A stretch of 64,000 nt of DNA from positions 1 to 64,000 of the IMG/VR virus record IMGVR_UViG_3300012347_000104; one strand, 5' to 3'. Source of the DNA: a virus. Its lineage: Duplodnaviria; Caudoviricetes. A program made the position numbers and the translations under genes. Below the pieces are notes generated by a model. The model had not been told where the DNA came from, ran no database searches, and saw nothing but the letters and a program-made list of their open reading frames with translations. The first letter of the stretch is position 1. Every line of letters begins with the position of its first letter. Below are positions 8,897 to 17,004 of this stretch, in pieces.

Positions 8897-9688
8897 TTGA
8901 GCAAACGCAAAACAGGTGCTTTACGCAATCAGGAACAGGATACACGCTATACGCAAAATTCTAAGAAAGACAAAAACGGACAAACATTTTATTCAAAAGA
9001 ATCAAAGACAATTAACTTCGACCAAGCACGTGCGAAATTAGATAAACGACCAATCAATCTAATCCCAAAATCAGTAAACCAAGAGAAATACATTCTAGCA
9101 TTAACTAACGAGAACACAGACATTGTTGTTGTCGGTGGTCCTGCTGGTACAGGTAAGACTTATCTAGCTATGTTAGCTGCTATCAAAGCACTAAAAGCAG
9201 GTGAGACAGACCGTATTATCTTATCTCGCCCCGCAATCGGAGTAGAAGAAGAACAACATGGCTTCTTGCCAGGTGACATCAACGCAAAGATGGAACCATG
9301 GACAAGACCGCTAATGGATGTGTTGAGAGAGTATTATACAGCAGCGGAAATCGCCCACATGCTAGAAGAACAGATAGTGGAAATTGCACCCCTAGCATTC
9401 TGTCGAGGTCGAAACTTTAAGAACAGCTGGATAATTTTAGATGAAGCTCAAAATGCAACACCTGGTCAACTCAAAATGATTATGACTAGAATCGGCGTTA
9501 ACAGTAAGATTGTAATTACTGGTGACATTGAACAAGCCGATAGAAAAACAGCCGACAATGGGCTACTAGACTTACAAAATCGATTGGGGAAGGGGGTGAT
9601 TCCAGGGTTGCAACTATGTAACTTTGAACTGAAAGATGTTCAACGACATAGAATAATTGAGCACGTACTTCGCTTGTACGGTAATTAA
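8897..9688 (+). CDS. phoH: PhoH-family ATPase
   Basis: GPAGTGKT, RGRNF, LDEAQN, TGDxxQxD; TTG start with AAGGAG. Confidence 0.95.
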   Translation: MSKRKTGALRNQEQDTRYTQNSKKDKNGQTFYSKESKTINFDQARAKLDKRPINLIPKSVNQEKYILALTNENTDIVVVGGPAGTGKTYLAMLAAIKALKAGETDRIILSRPAIGVEEEQHGFLPGDINAKMEPWTRPLMDVLREYYTAAEIAHMLEEQIVEIAPLAFCRGRNFKNSWIILDEAQNATPGQLKMIMTRIGVNSKIVITGDIEQADRKTADNGLLDLQNRLGKGVIPGLQLCNFELKDVQRHRIIEHVLRLYGN

Positions 9689-9714
9689 AAAAGGGGCTTT
9701 AAGCCCCTTTTTTA
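9688..9714. terminator. bidirectional intrinsic terminator
   Basis: AAAAAGGGGC-TTTAA-GCCCCTTTTT between convergent genes. Confidence 0.85.
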
Positions 9715-9972
9715 TTCTGTAGCTGGAGCATTCTCTGCTTCTAGCTTTTCGATAATGTCTGCATAAACATTATGAAAGTAGTTTCGTAGTGAAACCCACT
9801 CTTGTGTGATAGTCTGTCCTTGAACAATACATTTCACAATCTTAGATTCTTTGAAATCCATAATGATATTTGCGGTTTGAATATCACTGTCACGAACTTT
9901 GTTTGATAGTTCAACTTGTTCGTCAATTTGACCGTTTGGTCGTCCGATATATGTAATTAATAGGTATCTCAT
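9712..9972 (-). CDS. hypothetical protein
   Basis: 86 aa, ATGA-coupled to the clamp loader gene. Confidence 0.6.
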   Translation of the reverse strand: MRYLLITYIGRPNGQIDEQVELSNKVRDSDIQTANIIMDFKESKIVKCIVQGQTITQEWVSLRNYFHNVYADIIEKLEAENAPATE

Positions 9973-10895
9973 GCTGTTAGTTCAATCAATGTTGCTGCTA
10001 GGTTGATTTCAGGAATCCCCACTAGACTTAAATTTGCTAGACCATTACGAATAATGATAATACTAGCGTCTTTCTTATCTTGCGTCTTGCCCCACAAGTC
10101 TAAGTTTGTGTACATCCAACGATATACGTCTTCAATACGACTTGGATACAAACTCAAATACTGCAAAAGTTGCTGACGACCGTCTTGCACCTTACCAGCT
10201 TTGAATAGTTGTGATGCTTCTACAAGCAATTCATCTTCACCTGTGCCTTGACTTGCAGGTGGTAACAATTTGCCTGTACTGCTATTTACTTGAAGTTGAT
10301 TCAAGCACTTACGTAAGTCGGGGTAACACACACCTACATAGCTATCAAGCACATCCAAGTCAAACTCGACACCCTCAGTTACTAGAACTGTGGCTGCACG
10401 AATAGTGTATTGTTCTTTATCTGGCTTAGCGATGTGAAACTTATGGCAACGACTCTCACGCAACGCAGGGATAACACGATGCTCGTAGTTACAAGTTAAG
10501 ATAAAACGTGCAGTGCTAGAGTATGCTTCCATATCGTTACGCAATGCAGCTTGACCTGCGGGACTTAGATAGTCAGCCTCGTCAAGTAAAACAATCTTGA
10601 ACTTACCGAAGGGCATAGTCTCAACAAAGCCTGCAATCTTAGAACGGACAACGTCAACACTGTTCTCACGTGATGCGTTAATTTCCATCACATCATAATC
10701 ATCTACGCCAAGTTCTTTAATAAGAACTTTAGCAAGAGTAGTCTTACCGGTACCCGGGTCACCTGACAATAACAAGTGGGGAATCTCACCTTGTTTAATC
10801 CAACCCTCTACTTGTTCCTTCTGACGTTCATCAACGAACACATAGTCGGATACGTTATTAGGACGATACTTCTCTACCCACAAATTGTTTTTCAT
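9969..10895 (-). CDS. gp44: clamp loader AAA+ subunit (T4 gp44/RFC small subunit-like)
   Basis: LWVEKYRP, GDPGTGKT, LDEAD, ESRC (SRC motif). Confidence 0.9.
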   Translation of the reverse strand: MKNNLWVEKYRPNNVSDYVFVDERQKEQVEGWIKQGEIPHLLLSGDPGTGKTTLAKVLIKELGVDDYDVMEINASRENSVDVVRSKIAGFVETMPFGKFKIVLLDEADYLSPAGQAALRNDMEAYSSTARFILTCNYEHRVIPALRESRCHKFHIAKPDKEQYTIRAATVLVTEGVEFDLDVLDSYVGVCYPDLRKCLNQLQVNSSTGKLLPPASQGTGEDELLVEASQLFKAGKVQDGRQQLLQYLSLYPSRIEDVYRWMYTNLDLWGKTQDKKDASIIIIRNGLANLSLVGIPEINLAATLIELTA

Positions 10896-11242
10896 CGCTT
10901 CAATGCTTCCAATGTCATAATTTTACTAAGTGCATCACCCAAATCAGCATCACTTGGGATTAAGTGAAGTGCTTGAGTGTTACGGTCTGTTTTCTCATCG
11001 TAATAAGAGTACTCTACAATGTGTCCACCTGTTGCTGGATACAATCTAAAGACTAGTGGAGACTGATTCAAGTTAACATGATGCCCGTCAGACGACATAT
11101 CAGCTTTTGCAAGCCCAACTCTCAATTTAGGACCTCTAGGTCTAGCAACCATACCTGCTTGATTAGAGAAGGTAATTTCTTCACGATCCTTTGCCTCAAC
11201 TTTTTGTAGACCGTTGTATAACCAATTAAAAAACCATTTCAT
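10892..11242 (-). CDS. hypothetical protein
   Basis: 116 aa, ATGA overlaps at both ends. Confidence 0.6.
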   Translation of the reverse strand: MKWFFNWLYNGLQKVEAKDREEITFSNQAGMVARPRGPKLRVGLAKADMSSDGHHVNLNQSPLVFRLYPATGGHIVEYSYYDEKTDRNTQALHLIPSDADLGDALSKIMTLEALKR

Positions 11243-11613
11243 CCTGATACCTTATCACTAAAAGTTTCGTCATTCATTAATTCATCACTAACCATGAGTA
11301 TATCATTATTATCAACACGGCGTATAGTTTTGGTGCCCGTTTCGTCTTCGATTTCAATACCGCGTGACCAACGTCCGTGACTGACTAGAATGTATTGTCC
11401 TTCTTTCAAGTCACCTTTGTACTCTGCACCCACTTTGTAAATCTGACACCAACGTGGACGAATGCCTTCGCTTCTACGATTATCATTTGGAATGATGATA
11501 CCACCTTGAGTAATACGTTCTTCAAAGTTCATGCTATTCACAAAGATATGGTCACGGATAGGTTTGAACTGTGACTTATTGAACTTATGCGGTTCAAATG
11601 CTAGTTTGCTCAC
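11239..11613 (-). CDS. groES: GroES-like co-chaperonin
   Basis: KPIRDHIFV, mobile loop TQGGIIIP, VG..G, RxxDIL. Confidence 0.8.
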   Translation of the reverse strand: MSKLAFEPHKFNKSQFKPIRDHIFVNSMNFEERITQGGIIIPNDNRRSEGIRPRWCQIYKVGAEYKGDLKEGQYILVSHGRWSRGIEIEDETGTKTIRRVDNNDILMVSDELMNDETFSDKVSG

Positions 11614-11936
11614 TTTTTAACTTCCTCGTCATCTGCATCATCAAACAATTCTGCTTCTTCGTTAGACAATTCAATTGGTTCCGGTGTCTCATCGACTTCA
11701 ATAGTAGGCTTGGGTGCTACTTGTTGAGGGGCTTGAGTCTGATGTCCGGGCGTAACTGTGTTGCGATAGACGTTTTTTACTCGGTTCGTATTATCTCTAA
11801 CAACATTATTGTTGTTGTCCAATATGTCACCTCGAGCATTGACGTTCATATTTCCCACAGCTCGAACTTTTTCGTTCCTCGCTGCGAGAGTTGCCATATC
11901 AATTGTTCTACCTTGTGCGGTTCTTTGTCCTGCCAT
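11610..11936 (-). CDS. hypothetical protein, acidic disordered tail
   Basis: 108 aa, AGGAG SD, coupled to groES. Confidence 0.6.
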   Translation of the reverse strand: MAGQRTAQGRTIDMATLAARNEKVRAVGNMNVNARGDILDNNNNVVRDNTNRVKNVYRNTVTPGHQTQAPQQVAPKPTIEVDETPEPIELSNEEAELFDDADDEEVKK

Positions 11937-11945
11937 TTTGTTCTC

Positions 11946-12452
11946 CTATTTTAAAAACTCGTCAATCGACAAGTCGTAATGCAAGCTATTTATACGGTGT
12001 ACCCCTATTAGATACAATACGTAGCTTGACACACTACTACCACGACCTACTCCCCAAACAATATTATTCTTACGCATTGTATCAACTAGATACTTGCAAT
12101 AACATAGTAACGGGAATAACTCTTTTTCCTGATACAGTATTAGTTCTTGACCAACTCTCTGTAATTCAAAATCTTCTTTGCACTTCCCCAGTACCCACTG
12201 AGCGATATCTAACGTTCGATACTCATTTGGCATATACCAATTGTCCTGAGATTCAGCGTCATACTGAGCAGTAGATATATCGGACAGTAAGTTAGCAACT
12301 ATACTAGGAGCATTTTCAAGTTCAAGCACCGATGGTAAAGTAATTGCGGAATCAACTAACGCATTTTTTATAATTACATCAGGGTTTTTTAGGTAGGCAT
12401 CACACAGGTCATTTTCTGTGAGAACTTGCCTACTAAACTTATCGGTGTGCAT
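11946..12452 (-). CDS. dnaE: DNA polymerase III alpha (DnaE)-like fragment A: N-terminal palm with GRGS motif
   Basis: NNIVWGVGRGSSVSSYVLYLIGVHRINSLHYDLSIDEFLK matches the DnaE G(P)GRGS.AGSLVAY.L.IT..DP...DL.FERFL block. Confidence 0.85.
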   Translation of the reverse strand: MHTDKFSRQVLTENDLCDAYLKNPDVIIKNALVDSAITLPSVLELENAPSIVANLLSDISTAQYDAESQDNWYMPNEYRTLDIAQWVLGKCKEDFELQRVGQELILYQEKELFPLLCYCKYLVDTMRKNNIVWGVGRGSSVSSYVLYLIGVHRINSLHYDLSIDEFLK

Positions 12453-12458
12453 AGATTG

Positions 12459-12487
12459 ATTATAACAATCTTACAACAAAAAAGCAA
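12459..12487 (-). promoter_or_regulatory. sigma70-type promoter, leaderless, for DnaE fragment A
   Basis: TTGCTT-17-TATAAT, then 6 nt to ATG. Confidence 0.65.
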
Positions 12488-12490
12488 ATC

Positions 12491-13090
12491 TTATTTGTCC
12501 GTTTTCTCGAAGGTAGCAAAAACTACCTCACTTGCTGTTGTCTTTTTGGGTGTGCTTTCCCAAGCAAGGTCAAATTCTTCCCAATCTAACACTGCTTTTG
12601 ATAGTTTTACCACTTTTTTGTTTTTGGGCTTGATACTATTGATAGTGGGAGCAACGTCATGCCACCAACCTTTAAGCAAAAAGGGTCCACTATTATCTTC
12701 AATAGAGTAGAAGCAAATAACACCATCACTCATGCGGCTAGTAATTGAAATATCAGTTGCAACTAGTCTACCTTCTGCGATTGAATTCATCTTATGCAAA
12801 AGCATGATACCTATGATTTGGTCATATGGTTGTTCAGGTAGAGTGCATACCTTCAGCCCAATTTGAGAAAACTTCTCAATGGCGTCTAGTTCATCTTCAG
12901 GTACAAATATGCTATTCTGTAAACAGTATTCCAAATAGAACTTGATTCGTTCTAGTGCAATATTTTGTTCCTCAATCGATTCAGTATCAATGTTAAAGGT
13001 AACATCAAACTCATATTGATTGACAATGAATTCATTTTCAAAATGAACACACGCTAACAAATCGAAACCGCGTTGTACTCTTGCTGACAT
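12491..13090 (-). CDS. hypothetical protein, possible degenerate T-fold (QueD-like)
   Basis: 199 aa; pattern similarity only, QueD catalytic His/Cys absent. Confidence 0.35.
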   Translation of the reverse strand: MSARVQRGFDLLACVHFENEFIVNQYEFDVTFNIDTESIEEQNIALERIKFYLEYCLQNSIFVPEDELDAIEKFSQIGLKVCTLPEQPYDQIIGIMLLHKMNSIAEGRLVATDISITSRMSDGVICFYSIEDNSGPFLLKGWWHDVAPTINSIKPKNKKVVKLSKAVLDWEEFDLAWESTPKKTTASEVVFATFEKTDK

Positions 13091-13092
13091 AA

Positions 13093-13326
13093 TTAACCTT
13101 TTGACGAAATGTTGATTGAGTTTTGTACATTTTGCTTTTTGTACAGTGCATCTAACCGTGCGGCTATCTCAACTTGGTAGCTTTCGATAACCATTCGAAT
13201 TTGGGTGATTAGTGGGGTGTTTCCGGTTCTGAATGCGAAATTCAGTTTACCGTTTAAATCGGTAACCGTTTTTTGTAAATCTTCTAAAGACTTACTATCT
13301 AGGTCTGATACGAAGGGATGTTGCAT
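13093..13326 (-). CDS. small helical-hairpin hypothetical protein
   Basis: 77 aa; TTAAATA motif 5 nt upstream. Confidence 0.55.
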   Translation of the reverse strand: MQHPFVSDLDSKSLEDLQKTVTDLNGKLNFAFRTGNTPLITQIRMVIESYQVEIAARLDALYKKQNVQNSINISSKG

Positions 13327-13358
13327 GAAGATATTTAATACATCTTCATGCTATCAAA

Positions 13359-14180
13359 TTAAAATGTTGATAATGTAGTACGTTTCCAAATAGCAGTCGA
13401 GCCATCATATGTTCCGGTACAGATATAGAAATATGTACCATCTGTGCAAATGTGTCCCAATCTGTCGCCTTGCAAGCCTGTACGAGAAGGCTGACGGACT
13501 TCGATAGTACTAGCAGTTGTGCTACGATTTGTGGGCATAACGTCAATCGTTGTTCCGCAATCTACTGAGGTAACTGTTAGATTAATCTCAGATACTCCAT
13601 TGGGGATAGTGAATCCATTTGTATACTGAAAGGGCTGACTGTCTTCCGGTACGTGAGGGTATCCGTTCGAAACGTAATTCTCTAGAATGCGAATCGACTT
13701 GCTTGGACCTGCTGTGATAACTCCCTGTGAGTCTACCGAAGTAGTTGGGAAAATAACATTAGCTGTAGCTGCCGAAGCATCAATTTTTAAACGTAGCTTA
13801 ACTTGTGCCTCTGTTCCTGCAGGCGCCCATTTGCTAAAATCAAACTGCACGTCACCTGTAACGGTTCCGTACTGTACATCACCTTTTGTAGTGTCGATAA
13901 CAATTTGCCCAGTTAAGTTGCTTCCGATGTTGAATGTGCTCGCTCTGAACGTTTTAGTAACAGCATTACTGATAATAGTGTTTGCCATATCATTGTTTAA
14001 TGCTGCGCCGGTCAATGCTGACTTTACTACAACTTTAGATTGCAAGTCGTTTAACTCAGATTTAGTGGTATCTAGCGCCAACTTAATGTTTGAAAAGTTG
14101 TCTCTGAAGCCTTGAGTACTGTTGTTGACACCAGGTGTTGGGAAAGTGGTGCTGATTGAATTTGTGTTAATATTGCTCAT
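13359..14180 (-). CDS. putative virion structural (tail-associated) protein
   Basis: T/S/N-rich; N-terminal NNSTQGFRDNF + coiled coil; C-terminal fibre-type end GTYFYICTG...WKRTTL; late motif upstream. Confidence 0.6.
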   Translation of the reverse strand: MSNINTNSISTTFPTPGVNNSTQGFRDNFSNIKLALDTTKSELNDLQSKVVVKSALTGAALNNDMANTIISNAVTKTFRASTFNIGSNLTGQIVIDTTKGDVQYGTVTGDVQFDFSKWAPAGTEAQVKLRLKIDASAATANVIFPTTSVDSQGVITAGPSKSIRILENYVSNGYPHVPEDSQPFQYTNGFTIPNGVSEINLTVTSVDCGTTIDVMPTNRSTTASTIEVRQPSRTGLQGDRLGHICTDGTYFYICTGTYDGSTAIWKRTTLSTF

Positions 14181-14209
14181 GTGTTTGTTCCGATTACATA
14201 TTTATATGC

Positions 14210-16360
14210 TTATATCTTGGGTAAAATTGTTTCTCTGTTGAATAGAACAACATCATCATATTGTTCCAACGATTCTGGTGCAGGAGAAGCACTAGGTAAA
14301 TTACCCCAGACTGGTCTAGTCAGTGTAGTGTTCCAGTTGAACGTAGCACTTCTGTCTACGATGAATCTGTCTATTTCAAAATCAATATCACTAAGTTCGA
14401 ATGCCCAATAATTTTCAATATTAGACCTGACTGTCTCGGACTTTCCCGGTAACGTGTAGCATAGAACCCAAGCCTCAACATATCCCAAAGTGTTACCATC
14501 ATGTTGCTGACTAGTCATCCATTTTGGAAGTAAACTTTGGTCATAGTCATATTCTAAGTTTTGTTCGATTTCTTTGCGCATGTTCTCTAAACTCACTGGG
14601 TTTAGTAATTTTACATAACCCGGTGAGAAACTAGTGTGAGCTCCAGTAGACGATGTGAACTTATCTGTTCTACTATCATACCAATCACCGTAACGTAGAC
14701 CAATATCTTGCGGCCATGCAATACTCATAGGAACGCTTTGACCTTCAGCATTAGTTGCCGGATCAATAAGCGGAGCATATACTACTTCATATAAAACATT
14801 GTTGTTCTCATCTCTTGCAATAGCAGTTCTTAGTCTATCAAAGATGAATTTTTGACGATAGTGATTGTTGGGTATTGCGTTGAGGTATGATAGTGTGCTA
14901 GTTGCTACCACTCCATATTGGTGAACGATTCTAACATCAGCAGCCTTACCAAAATAAGGATCATTAGGTCTATACAAATACTCAGCAGGAATCAATGACT
15001 CGCTATTCAATAGTGATTTGATTATCTGTCTTCCTAATATGTTAGGGGCAGCTTTAAAATATAAAGTTTCTACTGGGCTTTCGAATCGTTGAAGAATATT
15101 CAACGTGAATGTTTGCACATTGCTAATCAGTGCATAACCAGACGAGTTTGCAGTTACTTCAAACGTAAAGGTAGAGACGTAATTCTTATCTCTGATAGTC
15201 TTTTCAGGTTGGAAGGGGAATCTACCAACTAACTCACCTGATTGTGTTAACGAGATATTAGGTGGGAGTTTGCCTCCAGTGACTGCATAAGAAAGAGGGG
15301 TAGGTGACACCGCTTCTAATTTGATGTCACATATAGTACCGTTATTATATGTGCCTAGATTCTTAGGGGATTTCCAAACAATTTCTTTCTCGTCATTATT
15401 TCTAATGTCAATAAAGAATGTTTCAGCATCACTTCTAAAAGAAGGATCTGCTGTTTTGAAAACAACGACAGATATCTCAAAACGTTCTATAGTACCCTCA
15501 GTAACTTCAGGTACGCCGGAGATCCAACCTGTAGTGGTATCTCCTAGTAAGCCCTTCGGTAAAGAAGAAAAGTTATACTCAATCTGGTCTCTATCAAAGT
15601 CATAACCCATTACCTTGAAAGAAAAATACTTTCCAGAGTCAATGATAGGTAAAGTATTACTAACTAATGTATAGTACCCTAAGAATGGATCAGACTTGTC
15701 TAATGGCAATTGTAACGGCTTGCTGTTCAATATCGCAGGGCTTCGCTTAACTGCAATTGATGTTAGTTGTTTATTTGTAATCTTAATAGAATACGGTTTT
15801 GAATCAGAACCCAAGTCAGAAGACGCAGTGATACTAAAAGAGAATTCACGTTCAGTAGGAGAACCATCTAGTAACACAGGTGGCTTTGCCCAACCAGATA
15901 TAGAACCATCAACACTCAAAAATAATCCAGGAGGAAGTTTCCCAGCAGAAATTCTAAAAAATACTTTGTTTGTTGTAACTGGATTAATCAACGGTATCTG
16001 ATAGAATACATATTCACTATCTTGAATATCGAATAGTTTGGTATTAGGAGCTGACAACTGTACACCGACATATGCTGAAATAGTAATTGAAAAGGTTCCA
16101 TCCTTGATGTTACCATATTCATCTGTCACACGTACTGTAAATGTGTGTAGCTTTGAGATTCCGGCGTTGGTTAACGTACCTGAAATTCTACCATCGGATG
16201 ATAACGAGATATCACCCTCAGGTAAAGAACCGTTAAGTAAAGAATATGTCAGTGAATTAGCGATGCCGGTTGGTGTGGCTTCCAACTTTATGTTTAATGG
16301 AATATTAGAAGGATGAAACCCTAGATTCCCCGGCAACGTTTTCCAAGATGGTTGAGACAT
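14210..16360 (-). CDS. baseplate/tail protein with putative Ig (He_PIG-like) repeats
   Basis: Repeated LP.GL.L...G.ISG.P motifs; location in the structural block. Confidence 0.65.
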   Translation of the reverse strand: MSQPSWKTLPGNLGFHPSNIPLNIKLEATPTGIANSLTYSLLNGSLPEGDISLSSDGRISGTLTNAGISKLHTFTVRVTDEYGNIKDGTFSITISAYVGVQLSAPNTKLFDIQDSEYVFYQIPLINPVTTNKVFFRISAGKLPPGLFLSVDGSISGWAKPPVLLDGSPTEREFSFSITASSDLGSDSKPYSIKITNKQLTSIAVKRSPAILNSKPLQLPLDKSDPFLGYYTLVSNTLPIIDSGKYFSFKVMGYDFDRDQIEYNFSSLPKGLLGDTTTGWISGVPEVTEGTIERFEISVVVFKTADPSFRSDAETFFIDIRNNDEKEIVWKSPKNLGTYNNGTICDIKLEAVSPTPLSYAVTGGKLPPNISLTQSGELVGRFPFQPEKTIRDKNYVSTFTFEVTANSSGYALISNVQTFTLNILQRFESPVETLYFKAAPNILGRQIIKSLLNSESLIPAEYLYRPNDPYFGKAADVRIVHQYGVVATSTLSYLNAIPNNHYRQKFIFDRLRTAIARDENNNVLYEVVYAPLIDPATNAEGQSVPMSIAWPQDIGLRYGDWYDSRTDKFTSSTGAHTSFSPGYVKLLNPVSLENMRKEIEQNLEYDYDQSLLPKWMTSQQHDGNTLGYVEAWVLCYTLPGKSETVRSNIENYWAFELSDIDFEIDRFIVDRSATFNWNTTLTRPVWGNLPSASPAPESLEQYDDVVLFNRETILPKI

Positions 16361-16362
16361 GA

Positions 16363-16992
16363 TTACCCTTGGTGTTGTAGCAAGTCTAATACTAAGTGGT
16401 AGTGATGTTGTCTATCTTCTAACCCAATTGTTCCGCCGTTGATTCTCTTTGTCAATGTAACAAAGTCATCACTGTCGCAGTATTGATTTAAGTTGTTATT
16501 ATCCCAGAACCAACCAGCTGAACTTACTGCACCCTGAGGTGTTTCTAGATAAGCTACTGTTTCTTCGATACTGATACCTAAGTCTGCGGCAAACTTTGTG
16601 TAGTTAGCACGACCGGTTAATTGAATAAGCCCTCTGCCACAGAAACGAAAACCATCACCTGATCCTTCGTCACCATTAGCCATACGATTAGCGTAAACAC
16701 GATTAGCAATTTTTTCAGGTTTTCTTTCATACTCTTTTGCTATCCCTTCATTAGGAAAATACTTTTTAAATGTAGTCATTAAACCTTTTGCACCGTAACT
16801 CAAATTCTCTTTCACGAAATTGAAGCCACCTGACTCATGTGCAACTTGTGCTAAAAATCCTGCCACTCTGCGAGGATTGTCGTACATGTCATAGTATTCT
16901 GCTACTTCATGTAATGGTTCTGCATATAATGCTAGAACGCTCTCTTTTGTTTTTGGGCATAAAGCCTTCAATAGTTCTAATGTTACTTTCAT
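16363..16992 (-). CDS. glycoside hydrolase family 19 endolysin
   Basis: FLAQVAHESGG, GRGLIQLTGRANY, SAGWFW, TKRINGGTIGLEDR. Confidence 0.92.
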   Translation of the reverse strand: MKVTLELLKALCPKTKESVLALYAEPLHEVAEYYDMYDNPRRVAGFLAQVAHESGGFNFVKENLSYGAKGLMTTFKKYFPNEGIAKEYERKPEKIANRVYANRMANGDEGSGDGFRFCGRGLIQLTGRANYTKFAADLGISIEETVAYLETPQGAVSSAGWFWDNNNLNQYCDSDDFVTLTKRINGGTIGLEDRQHHYHLVLDLLQHQG

Positions 16993-17004
16993 TTTTTGTT
17001 TCCT

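Noticed and set aside
9969-10895. RFC-like protein as evidence of an archaeal/eukaryotic virus or host
   Set aside because: T4 gp44 shares these RFC motifs; sigma70 promoters, SD sites, GH19 lysin and ClpA point to a bacterial host
11946-12452. DnaE fragments as a frameshifted pseudogene or assembly break
   Set aside because: The halves are 34 kb apart, each has clean start/stop and expression signals, and domain loss is in-frame and selective
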